Shown here piece after piece: positions 49,196-61,415 of a DNA stretch of 64,000 nt. Source of the DNA: Podarcis gaigeae (lineage: Eukaryota); assembly GCA_964106915.2 (NCBI GenBank), contig OZ066915.1, one strand, 5' to 3'. The stretch's first letter is position 1; every line of letters begins with the position of its first letter. The translations under genes and the position numbers were made by a program. The notes under the pieces were generated by a model. That model worked only from the letters and a program-made list of their open reading frames with translations, was not told the DNA's origin and did no database searches.

Positions 49196-52100
49196 ATCTA
49201 CACCCCTAAAAAAAACCCCTGGATTGTAGCCAACTAAGTTCTACTCAGAGTAGACCCATTAAAATTAATGACTCCATGTTAGCCGTGTCTGGTCATTTCA
49301 GTGGGTGTGCTCTGAGTTGACTTAACTCCTCTGAGCAAATGTCTGTCTGTCTGTGAGTATAGAAGTTTTAGCTTACCCAAATGCAGAAAACAGGCTTCTG
49401 GCACAAAGGGAGAGAGAGATTGAGAAGTGGAATTGCGATGCTCCACTTCAGCCTTGTAATTAGGTGTTCATGGATGCCTATGGCAAGTAGAAACTGCCTT
49501 TAGGTGCCCATTATTATGGTATGGGAGTCCTCATCCCCCTCTCTCCCAGAAAGTGAGAGTGAACAAAGCCACAGCAGCCACTGCTCCTGGGGGAATAGAA
49601 CTGGGAGCTGTGGCTGCTGCATTTGTGCATATGTTCTCTTGCTGTCAAAAGAGGGAGAATATCAACACTGGCTGCCCAGGAAAGCACTACTGCCTTTCTG
49701 ATCTCTGTTGCTTTCCTGACAGAGAGACAGGGGGAGAACTCATGTTCAGTCAGAGGTAAAAGAGGAAGGGATAGGTGGGTGCAACTTAGCTAAAAACAAA
49801 CAAATAAATGTGCATTTGTTACATGGCTAAAATGGAAATTCAATGGGGCAGCTGCACTGTAGGAAGTTATAGTTCCTCTCCCTGATTGGTGGGTTTCTCA
49901 TTAATTTACTGCTATACACACCTAAACAAAACTGCAGTAAGTAACCATAGCAGGAACTGATAACTTTTTAATCACTAGATATTTTGTTATTTTGGAATTC
50001 TTTCACCTCTGTGGTGTTATAGAAGAGATGCCCTGCTGGCCTTCCCCCAGTCCCAGTCATTACATTTCTGTTGTCATGGGATTGTTGTGCACAAATGCAA
50101 TGATCTTTGGATTTGCAAAGGTGACTAAATGTGAAGATGACTTTTTCATATGCTAGGATTGCCACATAGAAGCCACATCCTCTTTGTACTCCCTTGCCTG
50201 CGTTGTTTGACTTGTGGTCAAACAGACCACAAGTCAAACAGAGAATTACATACTGTATTGCTCTTTTTTCCACACCATCTCTTTGTTGTTCTTTGTGATT
50301 TCCTTTGGAAGATAGCACAGCTTTTCTACACCTTGCTTTTGCCAAACTCTCTTCTTCGCAATTATTTGATTATAATTATTTAATCGGATCACTCTAGATC
50401 AGATTAATGCTATGTTCAGTTTAGATTAGATTGGCATTGCAAGGGAAGAAAAAAGTACTAATTATGAACACTTAGAGCATAGCTTGAGATAGGAGTTCTC
50501 TGTAGCTTGCTCTATGGCCTTGTGTATTGTCCCAGTTCTTGGTTCCTCCCTGTTTTTGAAAAGAGCAACCCGCTTATTCAGACAGCCACCATCTGTTATT
50601 AAACCTACAAATGGTCCCAAGAAAGACAGAAGTCCCTTAAATATTGATGAGGGAGAAATGAGACCTTTTGAGCCTATTGCCTCAGGCACTTGGGCATTTA
50701 CAGATTTTCTGTCACCCTGGTTGGAGTGATGGGGGAAGAGGAGAGATTAAACACTGTGAACCTCTTGGAAGGGGATTATCTGAACACCAAGTTCTGTTGG
50801 AGTTTTTATTTGTCTCTCTCAAGGTTGTTTACACAAGTTATCTAGGCTCTATTAGAAGAAATGAGAGCCTTTTAGAGCCAGACTCAGTTCTAGCCAGGAG
50901 AGTTTCTCTGTAAATGAGATAAGGTTGGGGCCAATGAGATTAGGATTAGGCCTGGCAGGGAATCTCCTTAGAGATAAGAGAGTGGGGATGCCATAAATAA
51001 GGCAGGTAAATTCCAGAGGGATCTGTAGGGGATATCTTTAGGGTTATTATATTTAGGGACTTCTTTCTCAGAGATGTTGGCCAAATATTAGTCTTAGTAG
51101 AGGATTCATGTTTATTTCATGATTGGAATGTAGTGGTTTACTATTTCATTATACTTTATCAACAAACTGATCTGAACAGTTTATGAGGAATTGGAAAATA
51201 TGCTGATTGTTGCGTTGAAAGATTAGGATGTTCATCATCAAAGTCTATGAGGAATAACTTGAGAGTTGTTTTTGTCAAGGTACCTCCTGCTCTGTGACAG
51301 AATCTTTTGTATTATTTCCAGTCTAATAGTTTATTAACTTCATTGAAATATCTCCCATGAAAACTCTCAACTGAAGCAGAAATTGCCAGTCAGCATAGAT
51401 GACTTTTACACAAGACATCTTATTTTATTTATGTATATAGTCAGTTACTTTCTGTAAACATGAGCTTTCTTTGGTTGGTCACCACAGAGCACGAGATGCT
51501 TTTGAAAGATTTGGCCTTAGGGGGGAAAGAATAACTGTCCTTGGAATTTTCCCGTTATCCTAATCTAAACCTAAGGCTTGGTGTGTATTTAACCATAGTT
51601 AAGAGATCCCTTACTTTTGCACATTCCTTTTCCTCCTCCGTTCTCCTTGAGTTTATCTTTGTGCCCCTTTCCCTTCCCCTACATAAGACTCCCAATGGAG
51701 GGTATATTTTTAGCAACTTGGAAGGTTTGGGAATATCTGACTGGTGTTACTTGCCACCCTTTCCCTGGATCATTGTTTTGCATCAGTCTCATCCAACCAA
51801 TAAATCTGCATGGCTTTCTTTTTGTGTGGTCATTATTGCTTCCTCTGTTGGTCAGCTGGATTGCTTGAAAATGGCCACCTGATTAGTCTGCCTTGGGTAT
51901 AAACCCTAGACAATGGTATGCTTGTTTTTGTGTGAGAAACTCTATACACACACCCTCCAACAAGAAGACATGAGATGTAGGGGATTTTGCCAGTATAAGT
52001 CTTTTAGTTATTTCTTTCACTTCATGAGGATTACTTCCTTACTTTAGAGCCTGGGTGCTTTATATAGTTCCCACCCCCACCCCCCGAGAAGACAAAGAAT

Positions 52101-53901
52101 GGACTTGTTGAAGCAGAGGGCTCAGAGTCATGAGATCAGGTTCTATTCTTGGTTGCGCCACAGACAGTGTAATCTAGGCTGTGTTCCTTCCCCTTTAATG
52201 CTTTGGTACGTCCAAGGGAATAGGTGCCTTATCGTTGAAGTCATTGACATTTGTGGCGCTCTTCAAGGCCCCGTTCACCCTCCTTAAGCTTTTCTTACCT
52301 TATAACTGGACTTGGACAGGTGGAGGACACTTTCAAGTGAAAGTCTGCCTCTCTAACATGGGGCACTAAGGATAGAAGCATAGTGGGAATAGTGAGATGA
52401 AGTAGGACATGTAGAACGAAAACATTTTGGCAACAACTTGAACAACTACGAAGGTTGGGAAGAATCTACATCATGGCTGAAGCACAGACAGCCCCCCCCC
52501 CCCATCTGTTTACATTCATAGGATGCACTCTAAACTTACCCCTTCCTGTTTGTGGAGCTTTGCTGGGCAGCGGGGCTCGGCTCACATCTGCAGCCCTGAT
52601 ACTCTTAGCTGCAGCTCAAAGTGGTGGGTGGAGCAGGACAACCGGGCCCAATGCTGTCAGGTGATGACAATGAGACTGGCTTGGGATTCAGTGGATTCCA
52701 GATTAACTCGTTCCAACTACCTCCCTGCTCTTGGAATGTCCTATTTTGGAACATTTGAAGGATCTCACCAGCAGGCCTCTCTGCCCTGCACACGTTTGTT
52801 GGTTGGTGGAAAGCTACCTGAGCTAGGAGAGCTGGGTGGAGGGGCACTTCCACCATTCAACACACACATGCATCCCAGTGTAGTGAGGATGGGGCACAGA
52901 TTGTTCTGTTAGTGTGTTAAAAGAATTTGTGTTTCTTGTTTTATGCAATAGGATAAAATAAGAAAGAAAAAAATCCTGCCAGCTTCATATGCTCGGGTTT
53001 CCCCTCTGTGCTGTTGGACCATGAGAATAATACCTTCAGTTGTGGTTTTAAAATCTTGTTTCTGAACCAGTAACTGGAATTTATTTTGATTCTGTTTCTG
53101 TTCTAACAGAAACTTCTAGTCAATGATTCATTTTCCTTTCTTTAGGGGGTGGGAGAGAGAGGTTTGGTTTCTAGCTCAGATGCAATATGTTTTTGTGTTG
53201 TTTGACTTTCTTTCTGTTTTTTTCCTTCTATTAAAGGCCACCTTTCCCCTTCCTTGCTGAATTTCAAATATCTTTCTCTTGGCTCTGTACTGTTCTGTTG
53301 TTTTGTTTTGTTGGTAATGAATAAATAAAGCTAAATTAAAGTGTTTAAAATGGATTCCAAGGCTGAATCAGTTCTGATTTTGGCAGGATACATGCATCTT
53401 TTCTTCCTGGTGTCAGGAAGAGACATTGACCCTGGAATTTGGGGGAATGTTTTCTTGTCTGCTTTCGTCTGTCCAGTCTCCAATATAATTCCCCTAACCC
53501 AGTTTGTTTCTCAAACCAGATGGCTCCTGGTGCTAAGGCATTAGGGAGGTCTCCAGAATCTGCACCCCTCCACTAGAGTTCACGCACTCTTCAGCTTGTT
53601 TATTCTCTCCCATGGAAGCTGCAGCTGATCTGGCCTCATTTCTGTTTTTGTTGGCTCATCTTCTTGAATAGGAATAACAACAATAAAATAAACAACCTCT
53701 CCGTGTTAAGTAGGTTATCCTGCCCTGGCTATGCTCTGTTCATCACTTCTGCTGGTGAGCTAGAGTTTAAGAATTAATAGCCTTGTCTCCCCATGTCTAT
53801 GGTGACCTGAGGCCTAGTTTTAACCAGTGTCTACAGAGTGCCGTGCTTTACATTGCTACTCTGGGTGATATTCAACTGTTTTACTCAGAGTAGGCCCAAT
53901 T

Positions 53902-54098
53902 CTTTATGTATTTATATCCTACTATTTTCTTACTATTTTCTTGGCATGCAAGGTTCTCTCCCTCTTCATTTAATCCCCACAGTGATCTTGTGAGGTAAAT
54001 TAGGCTAAGAAGCAGTGATTGGTCCAAGGTCACACAATGGACATAATGGCCGAGTGTGGATTTGAACCCTGTTCTCCCAGGTTCTAGTTTGATCCCCT
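53902..54098 (-). mobile_element. CORE/Squam3-like SINE nested in a palindromic MITE
   Basis: The minus strand reads GGGTTCAAATCC (B box)...TGACCTTGGACCAATCAC..TTAGCCTAATTTACCTCACAAG..GTGGGGATTAAATG. Confidence 0.75.
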
Positions 54099-56346
54099 AA
54101 ATTAATGAACATGACTAAGTTAGGTCCATTAATTTCAATGGGTCTACTCTAAAACATATCACCAGTTTTTCACAAGGTTGTGGTGTTTTTTAAAAAGAGA
54201 ACTAATTTTGCCTGAGCAACTGTCTTCAGAAATTCTGTCTATGCCAAGTTCCATGGTATCCAGTTAAGGCATGGAATAATAAAATGTTGGTCAGATTTGG
54301 GAGGAAGATGGTGTACAATCAACTGCAGTCCAGTGCAATTTAAAGAGAAGAAAACCAAAATCACATCAAAATGAATGGGAGTAATTTGTTACCTCAAGAT
54401 AACCTTGGTATTCTCAAGGAAATCCTAGGGAGGCGATTTGTCATGCGTAGACGAGGCCTCAATGATCATTTAAACACATCCCAGGAGCAATGAAACAGTG
54501 GACTTTGAAAGTGAGAGAAGCTGGGCTAGATCTCTTCAACAACCAGCGTATTGTACAGCCCAGTATGTTACAGTTCCGTGAAAGAAACAATTTCCCCAAA
54601 GAGTCTGTCCGGTCTGGAGAATTGCAAGGTTTCGAGTGCAAGGTGTTACCTTAGTGTTCTTTCTCAGTTTCAGACACATTCAAATGCAGAGTTTAGTTAG
54701 AATTCCTATCAATTAAACTTGAGAATGCATCTCCTGTACTTTCTACCTGGTTGACACCTGGCAGAAACGGGGGCCAGAAGCTCCGGGACAGTTCTGGGAA
54801 GAAGTGGCAACAACTGTGGCTTGCGACTTCCTGCTTGTGTTATCCAGCCTGCCTTGGCAATGGTGCTTGGGCTTTCGGACCTAGAGGCAAGGCAGCTTAA
54901 ATAGCTGCTGGCTGCAAATTTCTCTGCTTTGACTAAGCGTGTGAGATCATGTTGGTCTTGTAAGGTCGTTGCTTCTCATGTGACTGTGCTTTGCTGTGCC
55001 TTGTGAGGCACAGCATGGCTGTAAAACCATTTTCATAAAAAGGTGCCAGGTTTGTCAACAACATTATAAGGCACAGTCTACCAGCAGGAAAAAGGCCATT
55101 TCTCTCTTGCGTCACTTTTCCTTCTCAACTGTCAGATAGTGCTGCCCCGGACACAGTTTGCACCAGTTCTGTCTGTTATTCCTTCTTAGGTCACGCTGTT
55201 CTAAACCCTTCAGCCTCTCTTTTAATTCACAGCTTTCCAAAGGCTTTTCGACCTTGGCTTCCTGTCACTCCCACCCTTGCAGCCTGCCCTTCCCAACCCC
55301 TGTGATGTCTCTCAATCAGTCACAGTGAGCTCGTGACACTCCAAGCTCTTTGCTCTTGTCTGTAATCCCATTTACTGCTTGTAGCCCTGTTGACAGGATT
55401 GACTGGTGTGTCTGTGATGTAGCTGTGCGTGCGTATGTCTTGGTACTTCTTTTTAAAGTGTAGATAGTTTTAAAAGAAAGAAACTGGGTTCTACAATCAA
55501 TAAATGGACGTTCTGCACTCAGAGTGAACAAAGCCATAGAAATATATTTGTGAAATTGTGAATGTGCTGCGAGGAATTTGGATAAAAATAGTGGGGAAGA
55601 GTGGAGGCAGCAGATCTCACAATGGCAGAGGTAGTATTACATAGTTTTCCCTGGGTTGCCAACCTTTTTGAGGCCTGTGGGCACATTTGGATTTTTGAGC
55701 GAGTACTGTGGGTACCACCCCCTCTGGTCAATGTTCTCCCCCATCCTCCAGATCAGCCCCCCTCCAAGATACAGAAACCGAGAAAGTGGATGGCATGAAC
55801 ACACTCCCTTCCCCCTAAATTGAATATATCTGAATCTTGAAAAGCACACAGTACCTAAGGGGAAGTGGGATAGAATACCAGTCCTCTCAACTTCCTCTTT
55901 CAATTCTCTGTACTTTTCAAGGGAGGAAAAGGAAACCACCCTCAACACCTCATGACCAAGAGGGCAGTGTGTGTGTGTGTGTGTGGAGTGGAGGAGCTCA
56001 GAGGCTTTGTGGGTACAAGGGGAAGTCCTCAAAGCCACCACCACATCCACAGGCACCACATGGGCAGCCCTAAAGTGTTTTGTGGGATTAAGTTGCACTC
56101 CCTTTCAATTTTTGCCATATTTTTAATTCAAACTTCACATCATACAATACAATAAAAAACAAACTTATCTAAATAAAAAGGAAACAAGAAAGGGAGGGGG
56201 GGAAATACAAAGCCCTCATTCAAAGGTAGATCTTCAACCTTGTTTCACACTGAAGTGGGTTGACCCTCCCAGCTCTCACCTGGGATCTTCTCTTTCTTCT
56301 CCCACCCTGGGAGATCTCCCCTTCCCTGCCTCTCACAGTCTTTCAC

Positions 56347-56381
56347 CATCCATCCATCCATCGATCCATCCATCGATCCAT
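56347..56381. repeat. (CCAT)n repeat, possibly a minus-strand retroelement tail
   Basis: CCATCCATCCATCCATCGATCCATCCATCGATCCAT. Confidence 0.7.
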
Positions 56382-57676
56382 CACCTTCATGAAGATGCAG
56401 TCCCTTTCCAAACCCTGCTTCTAATTTCTGACGGAATGACAAGAAACTGCCATAATGTGTTCAGATTTTTATTTTTTTTTAATTCACCATTGTAAGGGCT
56501 GGGTGCTCCCCCTCTTCTTCTAAAGGGAGGCAGAAATAATCAGGATTGTGAAGCAATCCTGCTAGATTCTATATAAGAAAAACAAATTCTATTAATTGCA
56601 CTATGATTGCAGCCACACACAGATTCCTAGACTTAAAATGTACTAAAAACAACTTAATATTCTCAGAATGCACTAGAAGTGCATTTTCCTTGAAATTTTG
56701 AGAGACAAACCAGTACAGCGGCAGAGTTGGATCTCAGCCATGGCTTCCCGTTGCAAATGCTAGCCGAGTTGCTCCTCTTGCAACATTTTCCTAAGTAACG
56801 CCTTTGGATAACTACTTAATAAACATTGGGCCTCCTTTCCTTGGCCTCACAGTGTGGAGATGGGAGCTCACCCTCCCTTTTAGCAGACTCTGTGTGAACT
56901 TGATGCCTTTTACCCACCTGCCTGTTCTGTTCCTCCCCTCTCACTTGGGAGTTGCGTTTTGGGGAATAGGATTCTTTCCTCTTTTTGCATCCTAGGGAAC
57001 TGCTTTAGGACCAAAAGCAATAAATTTGTGGTGTAAGCATTTGTGAACTATGGTCCTGCTTCCTCAGATGCATTTAGAACCAGTTAACAGCTGGCCCCAT
57101 CCCTGCTTCCATGCTGAGCGTTTGGCTTCAGGGTGCTGGGCTGACCTGCCCTGCTCTCAGTCTGGAATGTCATATGCTTGTCATGTGGAGAGAGCCTCCC
57201 ACTAGAGCCCCAGGGCTTAGTTGCTGTAGCCAGCAAAGGAGAGCTGGACCCACCAAACAAGGAGATTGCTAAGCCAGCTGTCTTGTGCTGCACAAGGGCC
57301 TTTTGTTCTCATTCCTGGGCTTCTTTCTGTCTCTTTTTATCGGGTTTCTCTCCTCCCCTCGCTCTCCCATTCTCTCTGCAGTCCCTCTAGGCACCCCTGT
57401 TTTCTTATTTCTGAACGCAGGTAGCTCCCTCCGAGGGTGTCCTGTATCTTCAGGCCCCATGCGTTTGCCTGTTCGTCTCTGTATCTCTTACTCATTTCCT
57501 CCATTCAATAGCAATAACGTTAATGGCATGACAAGGTAGCCAAGTGTTGCCAAAGCGAATCCATCAAATACTTCTCAGCTACTCCCCAAACCCCCTGGGA
57601 GCCCTTTAAGTGCAAGCCCTTTTAATAAAGGTAGAGGCTGGTAGCTCTGTTGTGTTAAGTTGGGGAGTGGGAGACA

Positions 57677-57697
57677 GGAGAGAGAGAGAGAGAGAGA
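57677..57697. repeat. (GA)n microsatellite
   Basis: Direct reading. Confidence 0.9.
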
Positions 57698-58486
57698 GGA
57701 GCTCGGTCTGGCTGCAGTAAGAGCAGTATGTGGGGGAAGGCAAATATCCTTTCCTGCATCCACTGGCTGGGAGCTTGTGTGCTCTTTTGTCAGCATCTGG
57801 CTTTATGGAGCCGGCCAGTTCCAAACAGGATGTTCCATTGTTGCAGGAAACAATTACAAATCTATCATTAACCATTGGTCTCAGAGAGAAAGGACAGGTT
57901 TAGGGCTGGTGGGAGTGGGGTGGGGGGAGAGGGTTTGACAGCAGCCAAGTGCCCTTCCGCAAGTGAGCTCAATGAGACCCTTTTACAAACAGGATTGGAG
58001 GCTCTTCCTCTCCTGTGAAGTCTGCCCAGAGTCTCCAGGCTGGCCGACTGGCCGGAGGCAGCTGTGTGTGCCAACTCAGGACAGAGGTTTCTATTGCTGA
58101 TGTCTTACTGTCATGTTCTTCTGACCCTCCAGCTTAGGGTTGCTTATTGTGTTAGGTTGAACTAACAGGGCACTTTTTCCTAAAGTAGTCTTAACCAGTG
58201 CTTTTATTTTAGGGAAAAAAGGTGCCGGTAATGTGTACCCTTGAGTACCCCCATGGAAAAACCCTGCTTAAAACATAATATTATTGAGAACGATAATATT
58301 CTATTTTAATGATGTTTCTACCTGGAATGAAGACACAGATATACTGAGGTTTCAGAAATAGCCTTGCTGTGCTTTCATATTTCTCATGTTTGACAATTCT
58401 TAATCTTTGTGCTCACCCCAAAAGAGAATTTAGACATGGAACTGGTGTGTGAGAGCATATCTATGTTGCAGAAAAGTTACATGGAA

Positions 58487-58689
58487 AGTGGTCGTCTTTG
58501 CTTACAAGCAACGACTGATCTGCTACGTCCAAATGACGTGCGACTGCGCACGTGTGCATGGTACCAAACCCAGAAGTAGCCCCAAAATGTCATAAAGCCT
58601 TCACGGAAAGAGGTCGAACTGGGTGGGCTTATGCATGCTCCGCTGACATGTGCAGGGGTTCAGAACGTGCAAAATGAGGATTGTCTGTA
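58487..58689. mobile_element. Possible old Tigger-like MITE
   Basis: Local CpG excess, CCCAGAAGTA and TGACGT motifs like the 19652 element, right end GAGGATTGTCTG-TA. Confidence 0.4.
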
Positions 58690-60835
58690 TTTTGTCATAA
58701 GTGTCTCTTGGCTCCCCCCCCCCCCCAAGGAACTCAAAGCATTATCCATGGGATTCTGGTGCGCTATTCCATCCAATAATTGATCAGGTCCTGCTTAAGA
58801 GAACACAGGTAACATCAAACCATGTGCAGCTCCTCACCCCACCCCAGACCTCTGGAATTGCTGTTTGCACTTGTGACTTGGACTGGTGTGTGTTTTCATT
58901 GACCAAGTACCAGAGCTACTGCGTAACTATAGTCTTTTCCTTTCCTTAGGTCACCTGTGATGCATGGGCAATAACTTTTTGTTGAATCTGTCCTATATTT
59001 GGAACAGTGTAGAAAGATAAAAGAAATGAGGAAAACAGGCCCCTGCTTCTGTCTTCCAGCCAGCTTTATGCACAGTACAAGAGGCAACAGCAAACCCTGA
59101 CATACTCACTCCCCTGCCCCTTGAAAGTGCTGAGCTTGCACATCTCCATGGCTTCTGTTCTTCAGTGACTGGATAAGGAGCCGTGCATAACCTCTGTTCA
59201 TCAGCCAGCACTTGCTGTTGGATTAGACGGATGGAAGCAAAAGGCAACTCAGGGTAGCAGGCTTTGCACTAAGCACTGGTGTCAATTAGGAAATGTTGCA
59301 TTTATCAGGGTCTCCCAGCAGTGTAGTCAAGACAGCTCAAACATTCAAAGCCTGCGGGTGCTTCTCCCTCCCATTAATATGACTGGAAAGAGTGGAGGGG
59401 ACTAAATAATGCTAAAAGCCAAAGAAATAATGAGCTGATAATAGACAACAAGCTTGACATGAAAGAATGATGTGACTCCTTAGAGACTGACGTCGTTTTC
59501 TGAAAAGTAAACAGGGATGAGTTTGTCTCTTTCTTTCTATATTTTCATAGTGAGGCTTGGGATAAAGTGTGCAAGCCTGACACAGCCTGATTCTTTCTGG
59601 TCACCACCAGATCTATCAGTCACAGGCAAGCTTGGTTTATTAGGAATTGTTCTCCTGCTTCATTGTGTCTTAGTGCCCCATAAGATGTGGGCATATCCAA
59701 ACCTCCAAGTCCTTAGTCTGCCAGATAGGACCAAACACAGTTGCCCTGATAGCAATGTTACCAGTCTCAGCGAAACATGACACTTCTAAACACGGGATGC
59801 ACATAAAGTTTCATGCTTGCCTCCACTTCCTCAGCAGGCAATGATTGTTATAGGTTGTGGTTTCGCTCTGCACCAGGGTGTTTTTGGACATACTTTCACA
59901 GCACAGGAGCAGGAGATGTGGAAGGAGAATGAAGATAAAAGGTACTATCTACAGCCCGTGTGTGCTTCTAAGGGACCAACCTCTGTTCCATAGTTAAAAA
60001 GCTGTCAAATGGTTTCTCTCCACCCTCCAGTTCCCCTGACCCACATTCCTCACCTTTGACCTAAGCTTCTTTGCATAAAAAGAGAGGAGAGGTAGATCCT
60101 CTGCAAGTGACCTGGCTTGGGGGACCCCTGCAGGGAAAGGGGTTGGGGTGACAGTGATGAAAAGCTTTACCATTGAGATGGAAATGAGATGGGAGGCTAA
60201 AATTCTTGAGAGGGTCCTCCTGTCGGGGATCATTGTGTCCATTTAGAAGCTGGAGCGCTAATTAATTTGAGCCTTTCTGTTGGCAGAATTACTTCCACAT
60301 TGTCCCCCACTGGAGGGGGAGAGTGGAGAGGAGGAGTGTGAGACAGCACCACAAGGTGAATAATGGAGGTGTCTTTTCTAGAGACAGAGGGGGGTCTATA
60401 GATTGAGCTGGTGTGGAAGGAGGCTGTTCCGGTATCCAAGGCAAGCCTTTGTCCCTGGCTAACACAGATTAATGGTGCTAGTGGAATATTGCCTGCTCTC
60501 TGTCTCATTCTGATCTCCCTTCCTGTGCAGGCGACTTTACATTTTAATGATGTATATGTGTGTGGTTAACGCTTTCTCCTATCCCAAGTCAATAGACCTA
60601 TGGAGGATTGTTCCTTGGGTGAAGGACAGCAGTTGCTTTTTAAAAATTTTGGACAGCAAAGTATTGCAAAGAATCAAAGAAGGACATAACAGCCTGGTTC
60701 ATTGTCAGTTATGGAGAAAAGCAAAGGTGCTGCTGTCCTGGCTATAGAAGCTGCAAAGGTCATTTCTCCTGAAAGGGAGTGTTGATTCTTAAAAAGCTAG
60801 CAGGAGTTTTGATGCTGTGCATATTAAGACAGGGG

Positions 60836-61415
60836 TAATAATACTAATAATAATACTACTACTAATAAATTTTATTTATACCCCACCCTCCCCAGCCAAA
60901 ACCAGGCTCAGAGCGGCTAACATCAAATATATAAAATATTACCATAAAATCAAGCAAGCAATTAAAATACATCCTAAAATCAAATCAGAATCAAAGTGAA
61001 ATCTAATCAGGTGGCAACACGCAAATTAGGGATGGGGACCTTAAATGCTCACCAGGCCTAACTGTTTATACTGATCTTATATGAGCTTGTGAGAAAAGTT
61101 GGGGGGCTACTTTCATGCAAGTTCTTATAAGGAGAGAGGGGGGGTCAGACTGGACCCAAGCCAAAGGCCTGGTGGAACAGCCCCGTCTTACAGGCCCTGC
61201 AGAAAGATGTCAGACCCCGCAGGGCCCTGGTCTCTTGTGACAGAGCATTCCACCAGGCCGGGGCCACAGCCGAAAAGGCCCTGGCCCTGGTCGAGGCCAG
61301 TCTAATCTCCTTGAGGCCCGGAACCTCCAAGATGTTAATATTTGCGGACCGTAAGGTCCTCCGTGGGGCATACCAGGAGAGGCGGTCCCGTAGGTACGAG
61401 GGTCCTAGGCCATAG
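60836..61415 (-). mobile_element. L2 LINE 3' fragment (intact ORF2 C-terminus, 3' UTR, ATT/AGT tail)
   Basis: Encodes YGLGPSYLRDRL...RTLRS...RAFSAVAPAWWNAL...KTGLFHQAF with a stop at 61145. Confidence 0.92.

Noticed and set aside
53000-53340. Alternative terminal exon ending at AATAAATAAA (~53320)
   Set aside because: T-rich sequence resembling a decayed LINE 3' UTR; no supporting coding frame or clear acceptor.
55637-56098. 153-aa minus-strand ORF
   Set aside because: Non-ATG start, spans a (TG)n repeat, no recognisable domain.
57382-57420. Cassette exon (pyrimidine tract, CAG/TAG acceptors, CAG|GTAGCT)
   Set aside because: Weak donor, in-frame stops from either acceptor, and no plexin similarity.
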